DNA of 63,754 nt, counting the filler, from Vezdaea acicularis (taxonomy: Eukaryota), in assembly GCA_026025075.1 (NCBI GenBank). It is 3 parts of 3 records of this genome, joined end to end, with 100 filler letters (N's around TTAATTAATTAA, not from the genome) between each part and the next. Parts side by side here need not be neighbours in the genome. Positions count along the whole stretch, not along the records: positions 30,158 to 59,742 come from JAPEUI010000165.1; positions 59,843 to 63,754 come from JAPEUI010000308.1; 1 more part is not named here. The stretch is one strand, 5' to 3'. A program made the translations under genes and the position numbers. A model generated the notes under the pieces. It was given only the letters and a program-made list of their open reading frames with translations, had not been told where the DNA came from and ran no database searches. Shown here one piece after another: positions 47,422-60,692 of the stretch. Position 1 is the first letter of the stretch; each line of letters begins with the position of its first letter.

Positions 47422-49689
47422 ATGGAGCCACCCTTGAGCAAAGGTTTTGGCTATGGCATCGTCCTTGGGCTGGGCGCTGCCTTCGCTCTCGGTATGATTT
47501 TGACCACGTGGGTCCTTAAGAGGTATGAACAGCCATCAAATCAGTGCTCGAGAACTAGTCCGTCACATCATAGGCGCGAGAGTCCCTCTTTGCGGCTACA
47601 ACAGCTGAATTGAAGCCTCTCCTCACTTCATGATCCATCTTCTTTGGCGCGGTCTGACGTGCGCTCAACCATGTACTAAGTTTTTACCAGGTACAAGAAC
47701 GAACTTCAAACCTCCGAAATGTTCAGCACCGCCGGCCGTACTGTCAAATCTGGTCTCGTCTCTGCTGCTGTCGTCAGCTCCTGGACTTGGGCTGCTACTC
47801 TCCTGCAATCTTCTGGTGTTGCCTACCGTTATGGTGTTTCTGGACCCTTTTGGTATGCGTCTGGAGCAACGGTGCAGATCCTGTTGTTTGCAACTCTCGC
47901 TATCGAACTCAAGCGTCGTGCTCCCAACGCTCATACCTTCCTAGAAGTTATCAAGGCGCGCTATGGCACCAATGCTCATCTGGTGTTCACGGTCTTCGGC
48001 CTGATGACAAACGTCCTCGTCACAGCGATGCTTCTGACAGGGGGGTCCGCGGTCGTGACGAGTCTTACTGGCATGCCAACTGCTGCGGCTTGTTTCTTGC
48101 TTCCAGTGGGCGTAGTTGCGTACACGCTCTTTGGTGGCATTAAAGCAACCTTCCTTACGGACTATGTGCATACGGTGATGATCCTCATTATCATCTTCAT
48201 CTTCGCCTTCACCGCATATGCCACGAGCCCCATCCTCGGATCTCCTGGAGTCGTCTATGACCTCATTACGAAGGCTGCAAAGGCTCACCCCGTCGAAGGA
48301 AATGCAGAGGGAAGCTATTTGACCATGAGGTCTCGGGAAGGTGCAATCTTCTTCGTCATCAACATCGTTGGAAATTTTGGTACCGTCTTTTGCGATAACG
48401 GCTACTATAACAAGGCTATCGCTGCGTCCCCGGTCAGCGCACTCCCTGGCTACATTCTTGGTGGTCTCTCATGGTTCGCTATCCCCTGGCTTTGCGCTAC
48501 TACCATGGGTCTCTCCGCCCTAGCTCTTGAGACGAACCCGGCGTTCCCGACGTACCCCAACCGCATGCCCGACGCAGATGTCACTGCTGGCTTGGTATTG
48601 CCGAACGCTGCAGTTGCTCTTTTGGGTAAAGGAGGCGCCGCCTGTACGCTATTGTTGATCTTCATGGCTGTCACATCCGCCTCCTCTGCCGAACTCATTG
48701 CCGTATCGTCCATCTTCACATACGATATCTACCAGACATACTTCAACCCAGGTGCTTCTGGCCGACGCTTGATCTACATGGCGCACTCCTGCGTCATCGG
48801 ATTTGGTATCGTGATGGCTGGCTTCTCCACTGGCCTCTATTATATCGGCATCTCCATGGGTTATCTGTACCTGCTTATGGGTGTCATTGTCTCCTCGGCA
48901 GTGCTGCCAGCCAGTCTGACACTTATGTGGAAGAGGCAGAACGCCATCGCTGCAACACTCAGCCCTGTCTTGGGCCTTGCCACCTCACTCATCGCCTGGC
49001 TCGTCACAGCTAAGAAGCAAGGCGGCGCTCTTAACGTTGCGACCACTGGCGCAAAGTAAGTCCTCCCCACCTGTCAACACCCATTACCAAACTAACGCCG
49101 TTATCTTAGCAACCCCATGTTGGCAGGCAACGTTGCCGCTCTCCTCTCCCCCTTCATCTACATCCCGATTCTCACTTACGCCTTTGGCCCTGAGGACTAC
49201 GACTACAAGAGCATGGCCGCTATCCGCAAAGGTGACGACACGGACCTTACTGCAGCCGCCAATGTCGACCCCGAAGACGTCCCCGGCGGCCACCGGACAG
49301 GCGAATCCGCCGCCGAAGCTGAAGAACAGGCCAAACTACTGAAATCGTCCAAGATCGCCAAGATCATGACGGCGACCATGACCCTCATCCTGCTCATCCT
49401 ATGGCCCATGCCGCTCTACGGAACCGGCTACGTCTTCAGCAAGAAGTTCTTCACTGGCTGGGTCAGCGTTGGCATCCTGTGGCTGTTCTTCTCCAGCTTC
49501 TGCGTCGGCATCTGGCCACTCGTTGAGGGACGGCATAGCATGGCCCAGACTTTCAGGGGCATCTTCAAGGATCTGACGGGTAAGGGGCAGGGTGTAGGAA
49601 GGAGAGCAACGATCACGGATGCGCGGGAGGGCAGCGAGTCTGACGAGGCGGTTGAGACAGAGAAGGTCACGCCCCCCACAAAGACTTAG
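47422..49689 (+). CDS. DUR3: Urea active transporter (sodium:solute symporter family, DUR3/UreA); exons 47422-47522, 47691-49055, 49110-49689
   Basis: [93 protein letters not shown]. Confidence 0.96.
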
Positions 49690-50049
49690 AGAGTAGACAT
49701 AAATGATAGATTTTGGATATCGGACGGGGGGATTGTGTGATACCCGTTCTATCAGCGCAGGGCTTGTATATAGGACCGTATGAGAATTATTGATTCAGTT
49801 CGAATTTCGTGATTGTTCCGCAGGGCTTGGGAGGAGCCACCCAAGCTCTGAGGAATGCATATACCTCTCTGACACTGCTCATGTCGCGCAAGCTTCCTAT
49901 TGCTAAACCACTCCCGTGATCCACGCTCCCATCGTGAAGACACCGCTCAATTGTGGGAGAAGGATCAACCGAGGACAAGTCTCAAATCTGCAGGCGTGAG
50001 AAGAGCAAGCGATGCGATGATTACATATAACCGGTGCTTGTTGGATAGA

Positions 50050-51266
50050 CGTCTTTTACTAGGGTTTTACGGGAATGCTGGCTGGCTGCTTACCTGGACT
50101 AGCTCTTCCTCTGGCTCTAGGAGAATAGACTAAGCTCTTCAAAAACCTCAGATCCGCAGAATCGACCCTTTCAGAAGCAGAAATAGTCCAATCGCCTCTT
50201 AGAGGCCGAATCACCCCTGCAGACAAAGATAATTCAAACCTCTCCATCTGGGGATGCAACGATGGGATCCCGATTATATTGGTACAAGAATTATAATAGC
50301 TATAGAAGAACAGATTGAATTCTTTGAAGAGCTTCAGATCTTCAGAATTGACCATTTTAGAGCATGTAATCGTTTGACCCTCCATCAGGGCTTGAACCAT
50401 CGCCAAGTATTGCATGCGTCTTACGATGGAGACGAGCCAGCACGTCCCTTGACATGTACAGTGAGGGTTCATAAGTGTTGTACATTTACGAGGCCGCTAA
50501 TATATGGTACAACACCCAGGAATCAAGAACTGCCTGTACTCGGTGAGACATTTGTTCACTTGATATATCGAAGACCCCCCCAAGGTAATCTGTGAGCTAG
50601 GTTTCTCACGAATGGATTTGTTGATCGCCGTGCTCAGGGTATAATTAATATAGGAGGCACAATTTCGCGAATGTACGACACTTACGACCCCCCACTGTAA
50701 CACTCTCGATTTCAACAGAGTAGAGCTCTGACGATGTAGTGGGCCAACCTTTCTCGAAAGAGCGCACCTCCTAAACTTGCGGCTATCAGGGCACGATCTA
50801 ATCGGATCCGATGCCTGACTTTACTGGACGCTCACCATCATCTTTACTTGATCCATCCCGGACCCCCCATGGCGGCTCTTGTTGCCCTTCCCCAAGTTCC
50901 TTTCTTCCTGTCCTCCTTTTCTCCCTCCTTCCTTGGCATCCACCCCTCTCCTTGCTTCCACACAGCGCTCGCCTGCCTCTCCATCGGCTTCTCCTCATCC
51001 AGTACTGAACCTTCTCCACTCTCCAAGTTCTTTTCTTTCCCTCCCTCGTCTTTCCGCTTTCTCGTCAACTCATCAACAGTGAATAGACTAGGGCCGGCTT
51101 CTTTCTTGGCTTGCTCGCGCGAAGACTTCGGACCCGCAGGGATGCGACCCCAGTGGACGTGCCAAGGCTTCTTACGGCTAGGGGAGGTGGACTGGTTATG
51201 GATTGGGCCCCCTTCAGAGGAGCTAGTAGGAGATGTTGGTTGAGAGACGCCGTCTGTAGATGCCAT
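50050..51266 (-). pseudogene. Degenerate DUF6594-like gene
   Basis: Hydrophilic 140-aa N-terminal ORF, then broken frames reading FEKGWPTTSSELYS..RKCRTFAKLCLLY*, IYQVNKCLTEYRQFLI and SIAIIILVPI*. These occur in the same order as motifs in the intact gene at 53562-54934. Confidence 0.4.
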
Positions 51267-53561
51267 ATGCGTTATCTGATCCGACGTCTACAGCGAGCTG
51301 AAGGACTTCGGCTTCGTTCGCCACGGCACGATGGAGAAAGGTGTTGCAGAAGCGCAGTGAAGGGTCAAAAAATCAAATAAACAGAACCAAAAGATGAGGA
51401 CGGTCATGGTCTATCGTGATGTATGCCTCCCGGCACATCTTCTTTGCCCCGCAAATTCGCCCAGACCATCTATTGGGAAGTAATGTGACGTCGTTACGCT
51501 CGCGCTTAACCTTAATTTTGACTATAGCTGCTGATTAGATTTGAGCGCTCTAGCACAGAGCAGGGACCGCCAATTCACCATAGCATGATTTCCTTATCCG
51601 CGGGGTCGCGAGTCGCTTTGTTTCGTACCGTTGATGCGACGATTGTCAGTTTGGCTAAGCTTGGAGAGCTAGGCCAGTCCCACCGCAGAGTATACCTTTG
51701 TTGACGAACTTATTATGCGGGATCTTTATAGAATATATTGTGCTCCTGCAATGCATCTACTATAAGCGTCATTCAAAGGGTATTGAACATCCACCTACGG
51801 AAGCGTTCGAGCGAAGAATATACTCCTTGGTCAGGGCTCCTCCCTGAATATTATGTTGTTGCCCGGCTTTATGACTGTCTCCGGAGCATTCGTAGGACTA
51901 TTACTAGATCGGCCCCATCTTCGCTGCGCTCGTCGAAGTGGGTGAGTTAATATTTCGAATATCACTGCAACGACAACGACAAGCGGAAAGGATTTCTTCG
52001 GCATTGTGGAGAAGGGTACGGAGCTATGATATAGCGATATCCGAGGAACGAAAAGGTGGACTTCTATCTCTGTGATGGTTCTCTGAATGATCAAAAGCTC
52101 TCCGCCGCAATAGAGTACTTTGTGATACAGGCATTACGCAATGTTTGGAGCTACGCGCTTGTGACAGCTCCACATTTGCGCTGTCATCTATCTATGTGCA
52201 ATTCCTACGTCCACAATTGTTTTGGTTAACCTTCTACGCTTGTCGCATGTGATGTGAAACTCTGCGAAAGCCTCGTCGTCCGCGAACTATTGTTTGAGGC
52301 AAATAGGGCGTAGCGATCTGATATGACCATGCGCCACGCCTTGCGTCATCATGCTAAAATGTCTGACCTTAGCTAGACCTCTTCAGTCTAGTTGACTTGG
52401 TCAAATCACGATTCTCTTCGGAAACTGCGCAACGATGCTCTTTGTCATTCTATTGAAGGGTACGCTCTGCGCTTGTGCCGACGGTCTCAGCGGCTACTGT
52501 AACCTTAAACTGATGACGGGCCGAACCTTCAATGAAGCCTAGGTATTCATTAGTCTCCTTTCCCCAAATTTCGGGATTCGAGCAGACTCACGTCCATTGA
52601 CATCGAAGGAACTTTTCTTTGATGATTAGATCCGAGTTTGGGACCCGGGGCCCTTCTTATTATTCCTAATGCTTATTGCGTTCCAACCCGCGCTGAACTA
52701 CCGAGCTTGATTTACCCTTTCTGGCACAATATTTCAATAGCGCTTAGACTCGCTGCACATATGCGTCTCTCACTAGCCCGAAGAGCGTAATAGCGCTGTA
52801 ACTTTACTAGGGCTACGGGTAGTCCATGCCATGTAGCATATATGGTCCGAGCTACAGTAGGCCTCGGACACACGGTGCGTAGGCCGCACTGGGAGTGATC
52901 CTACAGCGAAAGAGATTCGCCCCCATCGAGCTACTGTACCAGAGTCCTGCTCTGGTACTCCCGAAGACGTCCGCAGACGCAGCGCGAGGCTTTAACAGGC
53001 CGCCGAAGCCTTTCGTTGAGGGAATGTTGGATGCGCGAAATAGTGGAGCCGGCCCTTTATTGATCGGTGCTGCAGATGCACGATGACTGGGGCCTTTTCA
53101 TCGAAAATTACATACTGGACGGCCCCCCAGTCTCGGCTGCAGTAGTTACATGTAAGGAATTGCTCATCTAGTCTTGATTGCATCCGCAGCGGATGCAGCA
53201 TGCGGTGACTACAACATATCTCAAATGCTTGTCAGAAATCCCGTCAACGCTAGCGCTTCATCGGATGATGCCTCTTATCGACTAATTCAAAGCCACGCAT
53301 ACCAGGGACTATGCCCGGGATCGAATCGGGCCGCACCAGACACCCCATGACGCCCTCCGCTGGGTAGCATCCGCAATTTGGAGCGCGCAGGTTGCCCTTA
53401 GGCTCTATGTTAAGCATCCGCACGCCCTGAAGTCCTGCGACCGTAGATGCCATAAGCATTCGCCTACGAGCATGGCCACCCATGTAGTCTACACATACAA
53501 TGAATGGAAAGGTTCCCAATCCCCATGGCTATATCTAATCGACTAGGGATCTCACAGAGCA

Positions 53562-54934
53562 TCAGCGCACCGGCTGTTGACTCTGAGAGCTGAAAAAAAC
53601 AACCAAGACCGCGCAATAGCTATCAACAGCATTGAATTAGCCATGTTCACAACGCCAGTAGCGAGCGCTTATGGCAAGAAGACGCAGAGGCGGAGGAAAG
53701 GGGTTTACTAACGCTGCAGCGGAAAGGAAAACCTCGTACTTCCTCGCATTCGTCATGAACACTACCAGAACGGTGAAAAGGGTTGTAAAGGCCAGTACAA
53801 TGATAGCGAGGTTTGTGTTGGTGGTGTTCAAATCAGCTAACAAAAATATGGGAATGATGAAGCTCACCACCACAAAGAAAACAGTGATGACAAGGATGAG
53901 TTTGTCGATACGCGACTTGCGAAACAGGTGGATCTTCTCGTCCTTCGTTCTTCCTCGTTCATCATCAGTGACGAAATGGGACTGGTTCTCATTAGCGTTC
54001 GCAATTGACCGCACAGGATTATTTCAGGACCTACCTTCCGAGAATCACGCCATCGCAGCTTGAAAAACTCTTCGACCATGCGATTTAATTTCGTATCTTC
54101 CTCGTTTCTGCAAAGATGTACCAGATCGGGAACTTGACGCAGAAACCTTTGTTCTCTATCGACAAGCGGCTGGTTTTTTTTTAGAAACGATTGATAGCCA
54201 TTAACACTACGATTTGTGGGCTGCTTGATAGCTAGAGTTGCTTGTGTAGATTGGAGAAACTCATCTGTCTCATGGGGTTAGCCAACGGTCTTCATATTCG
54301 GAGCAAGATTGCGTAATATACCATACTCTTTGACCTTCTGTTGAATCTTCAAAAGAAGGTCAGAGCCTTTTGGTCCTTTCAAAGGTATCAAGTTCTCATA
54401 AGCACGACGAGATCTTAGGTTTTGTGGCCTCTTAGCGGCCTCTAAGATGTCCACATCTTCCAAAGTTGCCTCCAGATCAACCAGTTCGCTTTGTAGATGT
54501 AGCAGTACACGTTGCCGCAGGTAGCCAAACCGGCGGTAAATAACCCATTGCTCATCGGAGTCGAGAAAAGCTCCAAGGCGTGGATATCCCAGAGGCCTCT
54601 CTTCCACTAGGTAAACTGTAAGATCCATGATATCATCAATGATTGCTGTGATTCACTTACACTCAGTAATGATCGTATCAAAATCCCTCTTGTTCTTGAT
54701 GATTTTCAGAAGCAATCGGAAGAACTGAATTGATCGAGACCAGAACGAAGCACCCTGTAGAGTCACTTCTTGTCGGGCACTTGCCTGTATAGCATCAGAT
54801 TCCACATCCTCAATAGTTGATAAGGAGTCAGGCCGGAGCCTCTTTTGGAACTCGATGTCCTGAAAATTAGCGGGCAGGTACGACCCTGTCACTACAGACG
54901 CTTCCTGATCAACCGCAGTGCCCAAGTCAGTCAT
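53562..54934 (-). CDS. DUF6594 family membrane protein (multi-exon)
   Basis: GYPRLGAFLDSDEQWVIYRRFGYLRQRVLLHLQSELVDLE, KIQQKVKEY, three TMs and ARKYEVFLSAAA|YCAVLVVF after splicing. Confidence 0.85.
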
Positions 54935-55626
54935 TATAGTGCGCTAAGCAACACTTATTTCCCAAGAGCGTTGAATAGAGAGTGAAGACGATGATCAAAT
55001 AACAGTAGCCTCTGAGGGAGGTTTGTCCGAGTTGTTAAAGGTGCAATAGGAATGGTATTTCTGACTTGGCGTCCTTAGTCAGAAGAGAACTGAGGCTATG
55101 GACGTACCTGGTGCCTAGGGCTCATAATGGAGGTATTTCCGCGCCTTGAATTCGTTTGCAAGCCTCACCGGGTGCATGGTCCAGTAACGGACAGGCAGGT
55201 AAGGAGCGAACAGTCTGCCTATCGGGGCGAGGACTACAGTAGCATGTTTGCATCCCTGCCCGTTAACGAGGTAATTCCTTTGGGTGCCAACGGCACTCTT
55301 GTCACTCCTCAGCCTGCCCCAACGTCTAATAAGGTAGAAATTCCTGTACGGAAAGCAATAGACACGAAAAGGGACTTATGCATTAAACCATCGGCATTTA
55401 CGCGCCAACGCAAATGACACTCGTGTAGACTAGTGGTAGCAATGCGATCGGTTAGATGTACACTGGCCATTGCACTGCGTTGCCACAGGAATGTCTATGA
55501 TAAAGCCGAAAAGGAAAACGGGAGCGGAAGATCGGTTCCAGAAAGTTTGAAATGACCCCCTGAACTCTAAAATCTTCGCTCACACTTCTATTTGGCTCTC
55601 TTTTCGTGAGCTAGCTAGAAAGAATG

Positions 55627-56313
55627 TTACCTGGAAACCCATCGGAGCTTCTCCTTCGACACATCGGAGATGTTTGACCAGCTTGACAGCGACTCGTCTT
55701 CTGGCGAGCTAACCCGACAAATTGTATACCGTATTTCGGGCCCCATCCTGATCCGTTCGACTCCTACTATTTCATAAAGTCTTGTCCATCCTGATTCATC
55801 AGTGTGATACTCGACAAACTTTCCCAGTGCGAAATCTGCCTTCTCAAGGTCTTCCTGTGAAAACTCATCGCCTCTTATTGTGTAATACCACGCTCCGTCT
55901 CTGTAGGTCCTTGACTCGGCTTTGCCACCTTGGCCATTAGGCGGACAAAGTGTGTTTCCTTTACGAAAGCAAGCGCCAGACTATTTAGCCAATTATTAGT
56001 CCCATATCTAAGCAGGCAAGAGCAAGAAAATATCGAGAAAATGTCGATTCGCATGACATACAGTTGATGCGCCAGCGTCATCATGGTGAGATTGCTGCCG
56101 AGCGACAGTACCGCTGAATAGGTAGTTTGGGTCCGAGCCTAGAGCGTTGGTGGCTAGGTCTGGTTCAGATTCGGGATAGTTGATAGGCGGGAGGGTTCGG
56201 GGATAAGCCCAACTCGACGAGCCTTGAGCATTGTCTGATCGGCGCCCGCTTGTCATATAGTCACTCCCCCTTTCCACGCTTTCAACGGGGTTTTCATCAT
56301 AGGGTCCATCCAT
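55627..56313 (-). CDS. Hypothetical ~201-aa protein; disordered N-terminus and beta-rich aromatic C-terminal domain; exons 56313-56062, 55980-55627
   Basis: Intron 56061-55981 (GTATGT..ACTAAT..TAG, phase 0) joins the 56008 ORF to an open frame SGACFRKGNTLCPPNGQGGKAESRTYRDGAWYYTIRGDEFSQEDLEKADFALGKFVEY..LRWVSR that the ORF track does not list. Confidence 0.6.
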
Positions 56314-58570
56314 GCTTGACAGAATCAATAATGAAGCTTCATGAACTGAGAAGAGATTCTGAGTTAGGTACCTTAGAGCGACTTGTGTACGATCTGGAAG
56401 AGATGATAACGTCGGCCTGTTCTTTCAACGTAAGCAATCTTCGAAGTAATACATGCCAACTCCGCCATGGAGGAACTCACGTTATATATGTAATGCCAGG
56501 TCAAAGCCCTCATCATCATCCTCATCGTTCGACATTGCTCTTTACCGACAAGCATGTACAATGAAAAGGGGCGGTGAAGCGATAGTGTGCAACTGCTGGC
56601 TATTTGAGGCTCTCAAAAGCATCACGATTAATGCCTAGGGGTGCCTAGTAGTAGCTGCAAATAGCGAAATGCCTCAAAGATCGCATCAATTGCTCAAATG
56701 TGCGTTTACTGCTAGCCTGAGAGCAGGCTAATAGGGAGCGCAACGTGGCAGTATCTTGCATTAATCCAGGTAATAGTCATCATCTATTGGCTACGGCAAG
56801 AAGGCATCAGGACGCCTTCAGCATAGCCATATCAGATATGGAGCCTGGGGTTTGTAGCAACCCGATTTTGATCGCAGAAACGCGTCTGCTCGTGGTGCGC
56901 CGCACCTCTGCATGCACCAGGAGCCGCCCGGTTAGAGTCTCCATCTGTAGCTTTACCGCAGATGAGGGGTGACGATTGGAGAAACAGAGCTCTCGCAAGA
57001 TCGACAGCCTCTGCACAGATGCATGTGCAACCCATAGACACTCATCGTGCATTCTCATGAGTCAGACAAGTCATGCACAGCCCTGATCTAAGGGCAGAAA
57101 TCCCTTGTCATCCATCTTTGAAGCTCAACTAATGAGGAGAGGCCGCGGAGCTTACGAAGAATGCGAAATTCTGTCTTGAGTTTGTGAGCTGTTTGCGATC
57201 AACACGACCGCCTGAGGCATACTCGTCTTCATCTTCGCTGGGCACCAACATTCCAGTTTCCTATAGTGCCTACCGAGATTTTGGACAAGTTGACAAGTGA
57301 TTGACAATCCTCTGTATGGCCATTAAAGGTGTGAAGATATCATAAGATTTCAGTAGCTTCTCAACAAGAAAGGGCGATATCGAAGGTGATCTTCCGAGTG
57401 GATTAGTTTCCGAGAAGATATGCATTGCGAAGAGTTTAAATAATGTGTTTTCCTTCCTGTCATATTTGCAGCCGACATGGTGAGCGAAGCCCCTAAACAG
57501 AGCTACCTTTTGCTTCGACGGGATTTGTAGCTAGGATCATGTTTCTGTTCTCCGTCAAAGGCGGGAATAGTTTTGCTCTTTCACGCTTCTAACGGTATAG
57601 TCAGTGTCACACATATTGCCCTGGATTTGGGAGTTGCTGACTCTGGAGGCGTTTCCGTCTGTATTGCTTTGCTAGTAGGGTTGAAGACCCTTAGCGGTGA
57701 AATGGCTTGCGAGGACGCTTCAGGCGAGCCAATTGCAAAATGCCTGTCAGCACCCTCATCAGCACAAAAGCCATCTACTTGACCACATTAGGATACGGTT
57801 GCAGAAATGCTAGAGCACGGGAGAAGTTCCCAGACGCAAAACATACTTTGTTAAGTATAGCAATCTTCTGGCTCAAGATTCAGACTCCGGCGCTTCTACT
57901 AAGGCTCTTCCACTGTTCGCACGGCTAGCGTAGCCGAAGTAGAGCCATCCAGGGCCAAGGCACTGCTGGATATCAATAGATACTATGAAAGATGAATCGG
58001 TAGATCTATTGACAGAACGGATGGCCGGATGCTTTAAGTTTTTCCTTAGGGAATTGCTTTAATCGAAGTAGGCCAAAGTGTGGTGAGGGCCTAGAATATT
58101 ATCAGAGCATTCATGCAAGGTCTAAGAAACAAATCTTTGCAGGATCGCGTGTAGTCACCTCTGACACACATATTTCGTGATGTTGTTCGTCCAATGTAGG
58201 AGGGAAAAGGTGAAATGTCGTGTTGATCAACGGCATTTGACCAAGCCAGCGGTTTGACAGACTTCTCTACGCTACGCTTGTTCGGATCGTTCCGAGAGCC
58301 AGCGCCACTTTGGACGAGGCTAGAATGAAAGATCCCTGTCAAAATACGAGACTGCACTGTTGAGCCAATGACTCGCGTACTCCAACCTTCCACGAGGTCT
58401 AATTTTGATAGTCGCCGACCGCTTCAAGAGAACTTTAGAGAGGTATCACCGGTGTAACCTCCCCAACGCGTGGCACTAAGAGTATCTAAGTATATTGACT
58501 GGTAATCTAGGTCATCACCCTGCTCATCGTAAGTGTCCAGGGCGCCTCCCTGGCTTTGATATTTCAGGTA

Positions 58571-58634
58571 GAGCTGAAGTTCAGCGGCAACGATATCTCA
58601 GGAGCTGAAGTTCAGCGGCAACGATATCTCAGGA
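58571..58634. repeat. Perfect 31-bp tandem duplication
   Basis: GAGCTGAAGTTCAGCGGCAACGATATCTCAG at 58571-58601 and 58602-58632. Confidence 0.95.
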
Positions 58635-58907
58635 ATTGAAAGCTCTCATGCATGTTCTGCAATGTTCTACCCTTCTTTAAGTTGCGAGATGCCGCTCGAT
58701 TTCGCTTGCTGATAAACCCACTCTTGAGCATTAGGCGGTCCACCAAGATGCAAATAGATGCAAAATTATGTCTAAAGTTCCTATAATAAGCAACTCTTAA
58801 ATGTGCTAGACCTCCAAAAATAAGAATCGCTTAAATGAAACGTAACTCATATCGCCGCGTGACATCGTTGAACGTCATAAGCATAGTTGTCGCAGCGATC
58901 ATCCCCG

Positions 58908-59742
58908 TTAAGCCCGTTCCGACGACTTTTCGGTCTCTACTTCCGTTACCGACTCACCAACCCTTGGGTGACCAGCCTCGGTCTCTGTGTATGTTGACTT
59001 GACTTCGCTTGCCTCTACGTCCGTTGAGCCTTCGAAGTCAATGCCGAGCCCTCCACCTGCTCCACTGATGCTTTCCGTTTCTCCTGTACCATGATCCTCG
59101 TTCTCGTCTAGATCTCTAAGAGCTGGAGGTCTATGCTTTAATTGTCTTGCTCTCGCAAGGGATATTGTTGGCTGGTTATAAGTCGTCGTCATTGGCATCT
59201 TGGTATCGATATCAATAGTAGCTTTAACCAAGGCTGCCATCCAGGCGCGTCCCTGGGTGATGTTATCGACGGCAAAGTAGTGGACCTCGGGTCGGGTAAA
59301 ATTGGTGCCAATACCTGATCGAGGAGGCTCCAATTTGAAGATGTACATGCCACCTTGATCGGTATTCTTATTGCCAGCTGCACCAGTCTTCAATTCTGCC
59401 ATGGCTTCTTGGGAAGCAAGGGTTGGTGTCGTGGGATTTTCAGGTGACGAGGGGCTGGCCGTTGCACGAGTAAGAGTAGCATGAAGACCGGTGATACGAT
59501 CGCTATCTGCCGGTAATACCCGGTGATACGATATATCGATAAGTCCTTGTTCTTCAGTATCGTCCTCAGAATAATAGTAAGATAAGCGTCGGCCTCTCAG
59601 AACAAATAGTCGAGGTTTCCACAGAGTCATGATCCTGTTACTCTTCTTTTTCATCCACCCACTGTAATCGCAGTCAACCATGTTTTCAGGGGGGCTTTTC
59701 TTGACAAGGCCTCTCGTGTATGCGCTCGTTTCCTTCTTGGAT
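58908..59742 (-). CDS. C-terminal PH-domain part of a Boi1/Boi2/Pob1-like polarity protein (5' part lost at spacer)
   Basis: Frame open up to the spacer: KKETSAYTRGL..DYSGWMKKKS..WKPRLFVLRGRRLSYYYSEDDTEEQGLIDIS..HYFAVDN..GRAWMAALVKATID. Confidence 0.85.
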
Positions 59743-59842
59743 NNNNNNNNNNNNNNNNNNNNNNNNNNNNNNNNNNNNNNNNNNNNTTAATTAATTAANN
59801 NNNNNNNNNNNNNNNNNNNNNNNNNNNNNNNNNNNNNNNNNN
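59743..59842. other. Artificial contig-joining spacer N44-TTAATTAATTAA-N44
   Basis: Same 100-nt structure as 30058-30157. Confidence 0.97.
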
Positions 59843-60692
59843 GTCGCGACCGGCCGCGGGAAGACATGCGGCGATCCAACCCCTGGCCGGCTGCTCCCCT
59901 TGGGTTCCGCGACGACGCTTGTGTCGCTCTAGCGGGCGCCCTTGCACGCCCAACTTGCTCGTTGGAGCATCCTCGCATGGTGCTCCTCGGCGTCCTCGAC
60001 ATGTGCGGATTGCTGCTTCTGCTGCTTCTGCCATTTCTCGCTGCTTTCATAGATGCATCATCGACGCCTCCATCTGCCCCTCGTACGCAGATCGGGAGAT
60101 ATGGACGGGGTTGAACCCTTTGCGCCACGACTGCAGGGCGAGGGGACTGGACCATTGGGCAAGATATGTCTCGTCCATGGCGCGCTGCAGCCCCCGCCCT
60201 TCTGTCGCTCGCGGACCCCGGTCCTATCACATCCGCCGCTGCTTTGGGTTCGAGACTAACACGCACGCCAATTGCTTCCATGCTTCTCTCGACCCTTCAA
60301 GCACAGCGTGCTCGCCATGCGTCGCGCCCCGTTATAACGCCCGCCAGTCTCCTCCTCCGTCTTGCTTCTCCACTCTTCATCTGTCATACGCTAGACTTAC
60401 CATTCATTTCTCCACGTTCTCGGAGAGCTCGTTCGATCTTCAATTCAAGAAGAGCCCACCGTCGCTGCTGCGAGACTGCTGGTTCTGCCCTTTAGCTGCC
60501 GATCTGTCGATCCGCGTTTTACCCATTCATCACGGCTTAGCCTATTCTTCCCTCATCCGCGGACTAAACGTCAACTCTCTTCATCCTTCATCGATCACGG
60601 TATCTATCTAGATCGCCACTCGCAGGCGCCCCACTCGCTCGTCCCTTTATCAGTTCTCTCGTCCCTTTGAATACTCCTAGGCAAATATCAAA

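Noticed and set aside
59843..60611. Several ORFs upstream of the RGS gene
   Set aside because: GC- and pyrimidine-rich promoter/5' UTR-like sequence with no protein features.
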